A stretch of DNA of 64,000 nucleotides from assembly GCA_031372205.1 (NCBI GenBank), contig JANMKU010000431.1:4185-68184 (forward strand), in the 5' to 3' direction. The DNA comes from Gemmatimonadaceae bacterium. Lineage in GTDB: Bacteria; Gemmatimonadota; Gemmatimonadetes; Gemmatimonadales; Gemmatimonadaceae. Shown here piece after piece: positions 1-8,058 of the stretch; the first letter of the stretch is position 1, and every line of letters starts with the position of its first letter. Below the pieces are notes generated by a model that ran no database searches, was not told where the DNA came from, and saw only the letters and a list, made by a program, of their open reading frames with translations. The translations under genes were made by a program, and so were the position numbers.

Positions 1-740
1 ACGCCAAACGCACCGGGGCCGCCGGTCAACGCGACCAGCAGCTCCTCGATGACCACGTCGCCGCGCTCGGCGCGCAGGGCGTCACGGCCGTCGGACATGT
101 GCTTGAGGGCTTCGTGGTCGAGTCGCTCGCCGAGTGCGCCGTCAACGTGCAGGCGGATCTCGTGGTCATGACCACACATGGCCGTAGCGGGTTTTCGAGG
201 CTCCGCATGGGCAGCGTGGCCTCCGCATTTCTGTCACGCACGCCCGCGCCGGTGCTCTTCGTGCGTGGTGGAGATGACGAACCGGCGTCGGTACCGTCAG
301 GGATGCTGCTGTGCGCCCTCGATGGTTCGGCCGGCAGTGAGACGATCGTCAGTCACGCCACCCGCTTCGCGCGCCTGCTGCACATGCCCCTTGGCCTGAT
401 GGCGGTGGCCGTCCCGCAGCCGATGCCCATGTCGCCGTTTGGGACGGAGCTGCTGGCAGATCCCGCGGCACTCGATGCCGAAGCCGGCGTGCTGACTGAC
501 TACCTGGTTAGTCTCTTGCCGCAATGCCCGGAGGGAACCACCACCTCGGTCCTGACGGATCTCACGGTCGTCAGCACAATCCTTGAGGAGGCAGAGCGCG
601 TCCGCGCCGGGGCCATCGCCTTGTCCACGCACGGACGCGGCGGTTTAGCGCGCATGATGTTGGGGAGCGTGACCGACGCGCTCATTCGTCGGTCAACGTT
701 GCCGCTGCTGGTCTATCGACCGAACGACGAGGCGAAGTAG
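1..740 (+). CDS. universal stress protein (UspA family, tandem USP domains); 5' end lies outside the window
   Basis: The frame of ORF 99..740 stays open back to base 3. 'VVMTTHGRSGFSRLRMGSVA' and 'IALSTHGRGGLARMMLGSVT' are two copies of the USP nucleotide-binding G-x2-G-x9-G(S/T) motif. Confidence 0.8.
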   Translation, partial: AKRTGAAGQRDQQLLDDHVAALGAQGVTAVGHVLEGFVVESLAECAVNVQADLVVMTTHGRSGFSRLRMGSVASAFLSRTPAPVLFVRGGDDEPASVPSGMLLCALDGSAGSETIVSHATRFARLLHMPLGLMAVAVPQPMPMSPFGTELLADPAALDAEAGVLTDYLVSLLPQCPEGTTTSVLTDLTVVSTILEEAERVRAGAIALSTHGRGGLARMMLGSVTDALIRRSTLPLLVYRPNDEAK

Positions 741-1270
741 TCGGGCGCAAGCCATGGCGCCAGCGCATACGTCACGAGCGACTCGTACGCGCGCTGTCGG
801 TCGATCAATCCGGCGGTGAGAATGCCGACCGCACCGCGTCCGTGCTTGGTGCCCACCGTGTTCGCGACAGCATCCATCGCGTGGCCAAGTTCTTCGCCGG
901 CACGAATGCGGTTCGCCACGACCGCCGGAAGTGGAATCGCCAGCGAACCACCGATCCCCATCGTCCCGGTGGGATCGACGGCGACCGCCCAGGCGCACGT
1001 GCGCATACTGCCGTCGGGAAGGTCCACCACACCGCCTTCGAGACCGACCGCCAGTGACGCGTCCAAGAGCACCAGTGCGGCGCGCGCCCTCGTCTCCGCA
1101 CCCTGTTGTGTCTCGACATCGCCAAACGGCTGCGACGGAACACCGCTGTCCACGTCGCTCCCCAGCACGACAGCGGCCGGGTCGAGACGCGCAACCACCG
1201 CGCGGACCGCCGCGATCTTGACTGGGTTCATGGAACCGACCACTACGCGAGCAAATAGCGAGTTCGACAT
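713..1270 (-). CDS. yjjX: inosine/xanthosine triphosphatase-like NTPase (YjjX/DUF84 family)
   Basis: ORF 713..1336. An internal ATG at 1270 gives 'MSNSLFARVVVGSMNPVKIAAV...', which resembles the YjjX N-terminus. Length is about 185 aa. It converges on the USP gene and overlaps it by 28 nt. Confidence 0.65.
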   Translation of the reverse strand: MSNSLFARVVVGSMNPVKIAAVRAVVARLDPAAVVLGSDVDSGVPSQPFGDVETQQGAETRARAALVLLDASLAVGLEGGVVDLPDGSMRTCAWAVAVDPTGTMGIGGSLAIPLPAVVANRIRAGEELGHAMDAVANTVGTKHGRGAVGILTAGLIDRQRAYESLVTYALAPWLAPDYFASSFGR

Positions 1271-1362
1271 GCGACGCAATTCCTGAATTCGGGTGAGACT
1301 GGCAGGAATGTGCACGATTTGCTTGCTTGCAGCCACGTATCCGGCTAACCTAGCCTCCCGAC

Positions 1363-2049
1363 ATGTCCGTCATCGCATCCGCAGGCCAGAGGGCCGACGC
1401 GCCCGACCAATCGCAGAGCCAGACAGCTCCCCGATCACGGCTCTGGCTCGACTTCGTCAATACGGATGCCGCGGCCCAGGCGCCTCAAGGCGATGTACTG
1501 CGTGACTTCGACGCGCTCCTCGACTGGCTCCTGTCGGCGTCAAGCATTGATGACGAACGCGCCGGTGGCATCCGCCGACGGGCGCTGCTCCAGCCTGCAG
1601 CGGCGGCGGCGACACTGGTCGACGCGCGTCGAGTGCGTGCGGCACTTCGTCACCTCGCTGAGCGCGGGCTCACCTCAGAGCGGGTGCGCGAGGATGCGCT
1701 GGTCGAGATCAATCGCGTGCTCGGACGGAGCGCAGGCACGCGACGCGTCGAACGACTCGCCGACGGCTCTTACGCGCGCTCGTTCGTGGCCACCGGCGAC
1801 GCGTTTATGGGTCTCATGATCCCCGTGGTCGAGTCGGCCGTGGATTCGCTGACGGTGGACGAACTGGCCCGTGTGCGCCGCTGTGCCGATCCGCGCTGCA
1901 GTCGGGTACTCTTTGATACCACGAAGAATGGCCGGCGGCGGTGGTGCGACATGGGCACGTGCGGTAATCGCGCCAAAGCCGCGCGACACCGGGCGAAGGG
2001 CCTGCGCCGGACTGTGCGCGCGTCCACTGCAGCGCCAAGTCCGCGCTGA
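1363..2049 (+). CDS. CGNR zinc-finger domain protein (ABATE-type N-terminal domain)
   Basis: C-terminal 'CADPRCSRVLFDTTKNGRRRWCDMGTCGNRAKAARHR' is the CGNR zinc-finger signature. Confidence 0.8.
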   Translation: MSVIASAGQRADAPDQSQSQTAPRSRLWLDFVNTDAAAQAPQGDVLRDFDALLDWLLSASSIDDERAGGIRRRALLQPAAAAATLVDARRVRAALRHLAERGLTSERVREDALVEINRVLGRSAGTRRVERLADGSYARSFVATGDAFMGLMIPVVESAVDSLTVDELARVRRCADPRCSRVLFDTTKNGRRRWCDMGTCGNRAKAARHRAKGLRRTVRASTAAPSPR

Positions 2050-2756
2050 TGGTGGACACACCGTACACACCGCGAACGTCGGTGACACCCACGTCTGGGT
2101 CACAGCGCGTGCCGCCGTCACTCGACCACACGTTAGAGCGCGGTTTCGTAGCCTCGTTGCGCTGGCTCGTGTCCGAAGGCGATGCGCGTGGCGTGCGGCG
2201 CATCGCGGTCGAGTTACGCGCGTTGCGTGAGGCGCTGGCGACGCTCGATGAAACCCGCACAGCGCGCGACGACTATGCCCAACGCGTGGAAGAGTTGGAC
2301 CGTGAACTTCGCGCCGCGATGGCTGTACTCGGCCCTGGGACCGCTGTCGACGGCAGCGGATCGCTGCTGCAACGGTTGGTGAAACTTCGTGAACGTCTCG
2401 CCGCAGACCTGGCCTCGCGTCGACAACTCACGAATGAACGTGACGCGTGGCGCGCCATGTGCACACTGCTCACCCAGACGCGAGCGCGCGTACATGAGCT
2501 GCTGGACGAGACGGAGCGTGAACGCGATGGCGCCGCCGCGTCACTCGAAGTCATGCGTTCTCGCGTGACCGAGCTGGCCGCCATGCACGACGACGCCGCC
2601 CAGGACGCCGCCAACTCTCGCGCTGAGCTGGCGAGCATGCGCGACAAATTGCGAGGCTGGAGTGATACCGTCGATCGAGCGCTGCAGGAGCTCGCAGGCA
2701 ACGCCCGTGCACTCGCGCGACCGGAGCAGGCTAAGCGATCACCGCTCCTGCCGTAG
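2049..2756 (+). CDS. hypothetical coiled-coil protein
   Basis: The ATG at 2049 overlaps the CGNR stop by 1 nt (TGATG). The sequence is Ala/Glu/Arg/Leu-rich and heptad-like ('RVEELDRELRAAMAVL', 'LVKLRERLAADLASRRQL'). No family was recognised. Confidence 0.5.
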   Translation: MVDTPYTPRTSVTPTSGSQRVPPSLDHTLERGFVASLRWLVSEGDARGVRRIAVELRALREALATLDETRTARDDYAQRVEELDRELRAAMAVLGPGTAVDGSGSLLQRLVKLRERLAADLASRRQLTNERDAWRAMCTLLTQTRARVHELLDETERERDGAAASLEVMRSRVTELAAMHDDAAQDAANSRAELASMRDKLRGWSDTVDRALQELAGNARALARPEQAKRSPLLP

Positions 2757-3402
2757 CGGCCGCCGCCGGCGCCAGCGCCGCACGAACGACTGATGCTTTC
2801 AGGTACCCCATCTCGACGGCGAAATCGGCCAGTTTCCGCTGCAGCAAGCGCCGTCCGCGAAAGAGTCGCGATTTGACCGTGCCCTCCGGCACCGCCAGCA
2901 TCTCTGCAATTTCTGCATACCGCAGTCCCTGCAAGTCGCTCAGCACCACGGCCGACCGGTATTCCTCCGGCAGCGAGCGAATGGCCCGCGTCACTTCGTC
3001 ATCAAGAAACGAATCGTAGAACTGCCCCTCGGGATCAGCCTCGCCGACCGCTTCAAACAACGCCCATCCCTCGGTGTCGTCCGGTTGCTGCACTTCGCGC
3101 GCATCGATGCGCCGTTTGCGACTCACGAAGACGTGATACAGAATCGTGAAGAGCCAGGCACGGATGTTCGTGCCCAGGTGATACTGCTCCCAGCGCTCGA
3201 ACGCGCGGAGGATTGTATCAGAGACGAGATCCTCGGCGTCGTCGCGTGAACGTGCGAGCCGGAGGGCAAACGAGTACATCGCATCCAGATGCACGAGCGC
3301 TTCGCGCTCAAACTGTTCGCGACCCGTTTCGCGGTCGCTTGGGGTGATATCGAGGGGCGCAACGGTGGCTTCCCGAATCGCCCTGGCGTTTGGCTTGATC
3401 AT
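2731..3402 (-). CDS. ECF (sigma-70 family) RNA polymerase sigma factor
   Basis: Region 2 is 'DAEDLVSDTILRAFERWEQY...NIRAWLFTILYHVFVSRKR'. Region 4 is 'LPEEYRSAVVLSDLQGLRYAEIAEMLAVPEGTVKSRLFRGRRLL'. The ATG at 3402 follows GGAG and forms an ATGA overlap with the TetR stop. Confidence 0.85.
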   Translation of the reverse strand: MIKPNARAIREATVAPLDITPSDRETGREQFEREALVHLDAMYSFALRLARSRDDAEDLVSDTILRAFERWEQYHLGTNIRAWLFTILYHVFVSRKRRIDAREVQQPDDTEGWALFEAVGEADPEGQFYDSFLDDEVTRAIRSLPEEYRSAVVLSDLQGLRYAEIAEMLAVPEGTVKSRLFRGRRLLQRKLADFAVEMGYLKASVVRAALAPAAAATAGAVIA

Positions 3403-4034
3403 ACGAGCTCCTGTCCTTCGTCCTTCGAACGAGTGGCGGGCACCCCCGCGGTGTCGCGGGAATGCATGGCGATAAAGCGTTTGAGATCGATGGCAATACC
3501 TTCGAGCACGGACATGTCGCGTTTGACACGCGTCATAAGCACCGCGCCTTCCAACGTGGCGATGATGAATCGCGAAAGACGTACAGCGTCTACATCGTCG
3601 CGCAACTGCGGTCGCGCCTCCCACAGCAGCGAGCGAATCTGGCTTGCCCAGCGCTCGAACACGGCCTCGATGCGCACCCGGAACCCTTCGTGCACGTCGG
3701 CCAACTCCGCCGCCAGACTGCCGAACGGCGAACCGCGTCGTCCGCCGCTTTCCGCCTGCAGGGTCACCACCGCGTCGATGAACAGATTGAGGCGTTCCAG
3801 AGGATCGATGAGTGGTTCTCGCAGCACCGCCAATCCGCGTTCCGCAAACCGCTCGAACTGTCGGCTCAGGACTTCGTAGCCCAGTTCGTCTTTGGATTTG
3901 AAGTAGTGGTAGAAGTGACTCTTCCCGCTCAGCTTGGCGCCCTTGATCACGTCATCCACCGACGTGGACGTGAATCCCCGCTCGGCGATCAGCGTGGCCG
4001 CTGCTTCCAGAATTTTTGCTCGACGATCTGACAT
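3399..4034 (-). CDS. TetR/AcrR family transcriptional regulator
   Basis: N-terminal HTH 'RRAKILEAAATLIAERGFTSTSVDDVIKGAKLSGKSHFYHYFKSKDEL'. The start is placed at the internal ATG 4034 (MSDRRAKIL). Confidence 0.85.
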   Translation of the reverse strand: MSDRRAKILEAAATLIAERGFTSTSVDDVIKGAKLSGKSHFYHYFKSKDELGYEVLSRQFERFAERGLAVLREPLIDPLERLNLFIDAVVTLQAESGGRRGSPFGSLAAELADVHEGFRVRIEAVFERWASQIRSLLWEARPQLRDDVDAVRLSRFIIATLEGAVLMTRVKRDMSVLEGIAIDLKRFIAMHSRDTAGVPATRSKDEGQELV

Positions 4035-4045
4035 GAGAGCAAACA

Positions 4046-4078
4046 TAGGACCGTATGGTCCTAATTGCAAGTGCAATT
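4046..4078. promoter_or_regulatory. two abutting perfect palindromes (candidate TetR operator) in the leader of the TetR-ECF operon
   Basis: TAGGACC-gtat-GGTCCTA (4046..4063) and AATTGCA-ag-TGCAATT (4063..4078) lie 12-44 nt upstream of the TetR ATG, inside an unusually A+T-rich spacer. Confidence 0.45.
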
Positions 4079-4195
4079 TTAACAATAGTATAACTGCATA
4101 CTTATCATATGCTTACGCTACATCAATCTCGAATATAGCACCTCAAACGGTGAATTGTTCGCGGTGTTTTTAGTACCTGGCAGTCCTAACGACGA

Positions 4196-7081
4196 CTATC
4201 GACTCTTTCCGGCTCCCCCCGACCCTCGTCCGCCAGGTCCACCCCCTCCGGAACCGCGACCCCCGGCCGCACGCCCACCGCCACTGCGGCCACCTGCGGG
4301 ACGTCCGCCTGCATCACGTCCGCCCGAATCGCGACCGTCGGCAGCGCCTTTTCCTGGAGCGCGACCATGGCGGCCGGGCTTTCCGTGACGATGTAACTCC
4401 CGACGAGTATCGCGTTGGGGACGTTCGCCGCGATGTCCATCGTCATCGGCGCGCTCGCGTCGCAGCGCGTGACGTTCATCCTCGGTAAACGGGAGATCCA
4501 GCTTGTCCTGCAGCTCCGCGAGATCGTTGGCACGCACCGCACCGCGCTGACCGCGCGGCACTACATAACGAAGCGGTCGATCCAACGTTGGCAGTTCCTC
4601 CTGCACCATCGTGCGTGCAAGCTTTTCAGGTATACGGAGACGGACGACGGCTAACGTGCCGCGATCGTGCTCTTCGACGTCGTACTCGAGGGCAACCGTG
4701 CGGTCGCGAATCTCCACCGCGCCCGGCAACGCGCGCGCCTCCGCGAGCTGTGCATCGCTCACGAAATCACGTCGATCCAACCGCAGTGGCAACGCGCGAA
4801 TGGCCTCCCAATCGCGAGCGTCACCGAACTGACTCTCATACCACTGTGTCAACTCGGCCTGGCCAAAGCGCGGCGTGATAGCGCCGAGCCGCCGCCACAC
4901 TTCCCGAATCTCCTCGACGATCGGCTGATTGCGACGCACCGCCTGATGCCGCAGTTCACCACGCACTGCGGCCTCCGCGAGCAGATGGCGAGCGGCGTCC
5001 GCCAACTCGGGCGGAAACTCCGCCAACGGTTCGCTCTCACGCGACAACTCGAACCCGTAGTACGTGACCCTGCGTCGCAACAACACCGGCGAATGCTTTC
5101 GATCGGCGTCAAGCACCAACTCCGGCGGATGACGTTCGGCGTATTGCTTGATCAAGTCGATCGGCAACTGCGTCCCCTCAATGGACGCGCGCGCAATGCC
5201 AGAACGATCGGCAAAGAACCGCAGCGCACCGGCGACCGCGCCCCAACTGCCGCAGACACTGGTCTTGGAAACCCGCGCTTCCTGCCCGTCGGCGGTTTGC
5301 TCCTCGATCACCAAGTCGAAAGGCATGAACCGCGCAAGCAGATCGGCGAAACGACGGTGTACGCTTTCGCGGGCAATCGGCAATGACGTTGGCAGCGGAA
5401 GACCTACACTGCGATACACGCTCGCCATCGCCAGCGCCGCGTCTTCAAGCGATTTCACCAGCACACCGCGGCGCTCCGACCATGTCTCCATTGTGTCGGC
5501 GTCAAACAAATGTCGCGACAATCCGTACACGTCACCAATGCGTCCGGCGGTAGCGAACCCCTCGGCATACAGGTTGTACGCCGTCAAATGATCGCTGCCG
5601 CGAACAACAAGGCCTTCGAGATCACGACCGTCGCGCGTCATGCGGTGCAACGAGTCGATGCCACTCATCACCGCGAGTACGGGCAACAGTTCATCGTCGC
5701 CATGCACGATGAGCTCACCCCAGGCGCGGTCGACCGGCAGTGCTTCGACTGCGCGACCATATCGCGTCAATCGTCCGTCCTCGATCAAGCCGCGCGTCTC
5801 CAGATGCGCAACCGCGCGACGATAGGCGACCTTGTCGAGCGGAACCGGCAACTCGAGATCGTCGGCCCGCACACCGAGCCCCGCGCAGGTGAGTGCAACA
5901 CGCTCCGAATCACCCGCCAGCTGAAACTCCGGCTCGGTTGGACGCAGTGCCTCGAATCGGATATCGCGATCGCTCAAGATGTACACGCGCCCGTGTTCCA
6001 CTCGGCCGTGCACGCGTCCCGCCATCTGCAAGATCTCGTTGGCGCCCAGATGCACGCGCGTCAGCACATTGCGGCCGCGATCGATCACGTTGGTAAACCG
6101 CGTATCGTCGATGATGACCGTGTCGAGTCCGGGCACGTTGAGTGCGCTCTGACCCGCAGCAGTCATCGCGAGGAAAAACGGTTTCGGAATCGTGCCCTCA
6201 AGGAACGGCCGAATCACCCGAATCGGTTCACCGCCATGGTAGTGCGCGGCCGAAATGCGCGGATAGCGAGCACGCACCCACTCCGCGGCCTCCTCCACCA
6301 TCGCCCGTGTGGGCAGAAACATCGCCACACCACGTTGGGACTTCGACAATTGCCCGAGAAACTTCTCGTCGAGAAAGTTGAGCGGTTGCTTGCGCTCGAC
6401 TTCCACTTTCGCCGCGCGCGTTGGGTCAAACGCCGACACCTGAATCACATCGGCGCTGCGCAAATACCGGCCGTAGAACGTCGGGTCGACGGTGGCCGAC
6501 AGCCAGATGAATCGACACCCGACACGCTTGCCGAGTGCGAGGCACAGTTCCAGCTCGGCGCTGGTTTGATGGATTTCATCAACGATGAGCGTGTCACCCG
6601 GCTGTATATCGCCGTCCTGAAACCATCGTCGTGCAATGCCCGTCGTCACAATGACCACGTTCCACGCTGGCGTATCAGGTGTCGCCTCACGCTCGCGGTT
6701 CACCACACCGACGCGCAGCGCTGTGGTGCCAAGAATCGTCTCCGCGATGGGGCGAATTGCGAGCGTCTTTCCCGTCCCCGTTCCTGCGACAATCCCGAAG
6801 CCATCGCCACTCGCGGCCAGTGCGCGAACGTCGGCACCCTTCGTTCGCTCCAGAAACGTGTCGAGATGCAGACCAACGGCAAGTTCAATGGTTTCGCACG
6901 CGGCACGCGTGGGCGCGATGACGATGACGCGACCGGTGAGCGGCTTGGCCGCTGCGAATGCATCTCGGTCGGGCGGGAGATATCGATCGTGAGTTATGCG
7001 CACACTGCAAGCTATCGCGGGTATACATTCGAGGCGACTAGGGACACATTGCGTGGCGTCTTGTCGCGCGACACGTCGCAC
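4196..7081 (-). CDS. DExH-box (HrpA/HrpB-like) ATP-dependent helicase with Arg/Gly-rich C-terminal tail
   Basis: Motifs 'AGTGTGKT' (Walker A), 'DEIH' (motif II), 'SAT' and 'QMAGRVHGR' (motif VI). The start is uncertain. The longest ORF begins with GTG at 7081, only 29 nt from the divergent gene, and an in-frame GTG at 7003 is an alternative. Confidence 0.85.
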   Translation of the reverse strand: MRRVARQDATQCVPSRLECIPAIACSVRITHDRYLPPDRDAFAAAKPLTGRVIVIAPTRAACETIELAVGLHLDTFLERTKGADVRALAASGDGFGIVAGTGTGKTLAIRPIAETILGTTALRVGVVNREREATPDTPAWNVVIVTTGIARRWFQDGDIQPGDTLIVDEIHQTSAELELCLALGKRVGCRFIWLSATVDPTFYGRYLRSADVIQVSAFDPTRAAKVEVERKQPLNFLDEKFLGQLSKSQRGVAMFLPTRAMVEEAAEWVRARYPRISAAHYHGGEPIRVIRPFLEGTIPKPFFLAMTAAGQSALNVPGLDTVIIDDTRFTNVIDRGRNVLTRVHLGANEILQMAGRVHGRVEHGRVYILSDRDIRFEALRPTEPEFQLAGDSERVALTCAGLGVRADDLELPVPLDKVAYRRAVAHLETRGLIEDGRLTRYGRAVEALPVDRAWGELIVHGDDELLPVLAVMSGIDSLHRMTRDGRDLEGLVVRGSDHLTAYNLYAEGFATAGRIGDVYGLSRHLFDADTMETWSERRGVLVKSLEDAALAMASVYRSVGLPLPTSLPIARESVHRRFADLLARFMPFDLVIEEQTADGQEARVSKTSVCGSWGAVAGALRFFADRSGIARASIEGTQLPIDLIKQYAERHPPELVLDADRKHSPVLLRRRVTYYGFELSRESEPLAEFPPELADAARHLLAEAAVRGELRHQAVRRNQPIVEEIREVWRRLGAITPRFGQAELTQWYESQFGDARDWEAIRALPLRLDRRDFVSDAQLAEARALPGAVEIRDRTVALEYDVEEHDRGTLAVVRLRIPEKLARTMVQEELPTLDRPLRYVVPRGQRGAVRANDLAELQDKLDLPFTEDERHALRRERADDDGHRGERPQRDTRRELHRHGKPGRHGRAPGKGAADGRDSGGRDAGGRPAGGRSGGGRAAGGRGSGGGGPGGRGSGGAGKSR

Positions 7082-7110
7082 ACCGAAGCCAATCTCAACG
7101 GGAACTGCTC

Positions 7111-7395
7111 ATGAATACGCCAGACGATGTCGCGGATCGCGCCGAGTGGGTGTCGATCGGTTCCTACGCCACCGGCCTTGATGCCGACATGGCGAAGAAC
7201 ACGCTTGAAGCGGCGAACATTCCGGTGCTCGTGCGCAGCAACGCCCCCGGCATCTTCGGACTGGCGTATCAGGGCAACGTGGCGGGCGGCATCACCCTGC
7301 ATGTGCCAACACCAGAAGTGACGCGCGCACTCGATCTGCTTGATGGCGCAGACACCGAAGCATTCGGTGACGACGACGAAGCGCTCTCCCCCTGA
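7111..7395 (+). CDS. small DUF2007-like protein (putative signal-transducing fold)
   Basis: 94-aa ORF. 'WVSIGSYATGLDADMAKNTLEAANIPVLV' fits the DUF2007 pattern. The C-terminus is acidic. Confidence 0.6.
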   Translation: MNTPDDVADRAEWVSIGSYATGLDADMAKNTLEAANIPVLVRSNAPGIFGLAYQGNVAGGITLHVPTPEVTRALDLLDGADTEAFGDDDEALSP

Positions 7396-7438
7396 CATGC
7401 GCTCGGGCACGCGCGGTCTTCGGCACACCGCCATCCGC

Positions 7439-8047
7439 ATGACGGCACCGGAACCATTGGCCGACACGCGTTGTCCGTGGGCCCGAAAGCCACTGGACAT
7501 CACGTATCATGACACCGAGTGGGGTGTGCCCGTGCACGACGACCGGGTGCGCTTCGAGTTTCTGACCCTCGAGGGTGCACAGGCCGGACTCAGTTGGAGC
7601 ACCATTCTCGCCAAGCGTGAACACTACCGCGATGCGTTCCTGCAGTGGGATGTCGAACGTATCGCCCGCCTGTCGGTCAGTGACGTCGAGGTGCTGCTGC
7701 ACAACACGGGCATCGTGCGGAATCGCCTCAAGGTGCAAAGCGTACTACGCAACGCGCAGGCATTTCTCAACGTGCAAGCCGAGTGCGGTTCGTTCGATCA
7801 ATACGTCTGGCGCTTCGTGGGTGGCACGCCGAGAGTGAACCACTGGACGGACCATGGTGACGTTCCTGCTCGCACCAGTGAGTCGGATGCGATGAGCAAG
7901 GACCTGCTGGCCCGTGGCTTCAAGTTCGTCGGCTCAACAATTTGTTACGCGTACATGCAGGCCACGGGCATGGTCAACGACCACCTCACGCGCTGTGCAC
8001 GGTTTGCGGCGGTCCAACACGAGTCCGGCGCGCGCGTTACGCGCTAG
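7439..8047 (+). CDS. tag: DNA-3-methyladenine glycosylase I
   Basis: 'RCPW...YHDTEWGVPVHDD', 'LEGAQAGLSWSTILAKREHYRDAF' and 'GIVRNRLKV' match Tag. The ATG at 7439 gives about 202 aa. An upstream in-frame ATG at 7397 is also possible. Confidence 0.9.
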   Translation: MTAPEPLADTRCPWARKPLDITYHDTEWGVPVHDDRVRFEFLTLEGAQAGLSWSTILAKREHYRDAFLQWDVERIARLSVSDVEVLLHNTGIVRNRLKVQSVLRNAQAFLNVQAECGSFDQYVWRFVGGTPRVNHWTDHGDVPARTSESDAMSKDLLARGFKFVGSTICYAYMQATGMVNDHLTRCARFAAVQHESGARVTR

Positions 8048-8058
8048 CGTACGAGGTA

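Noticed and set aside
4155-4388. 77-aa Pro-rich plus-strand ORF (PPGPPPPEPRPP...)
   Set aside because: It is the complement-strand mirror of the (GGN)n helicase tail (CCN codons). Its third-position G+C is as poor as the tail's, and it starts inside the A+T-rich spacer with no RBS.
5510-7114. 534-aa plus-strand ORF
   Set aside because: It is entirely antisense to the helicase gene, which has clear DExH motifs. Its translation is Arg/His/Gln-rich with no motif, which is the usual shadow ORF of a G+C-rich gene.
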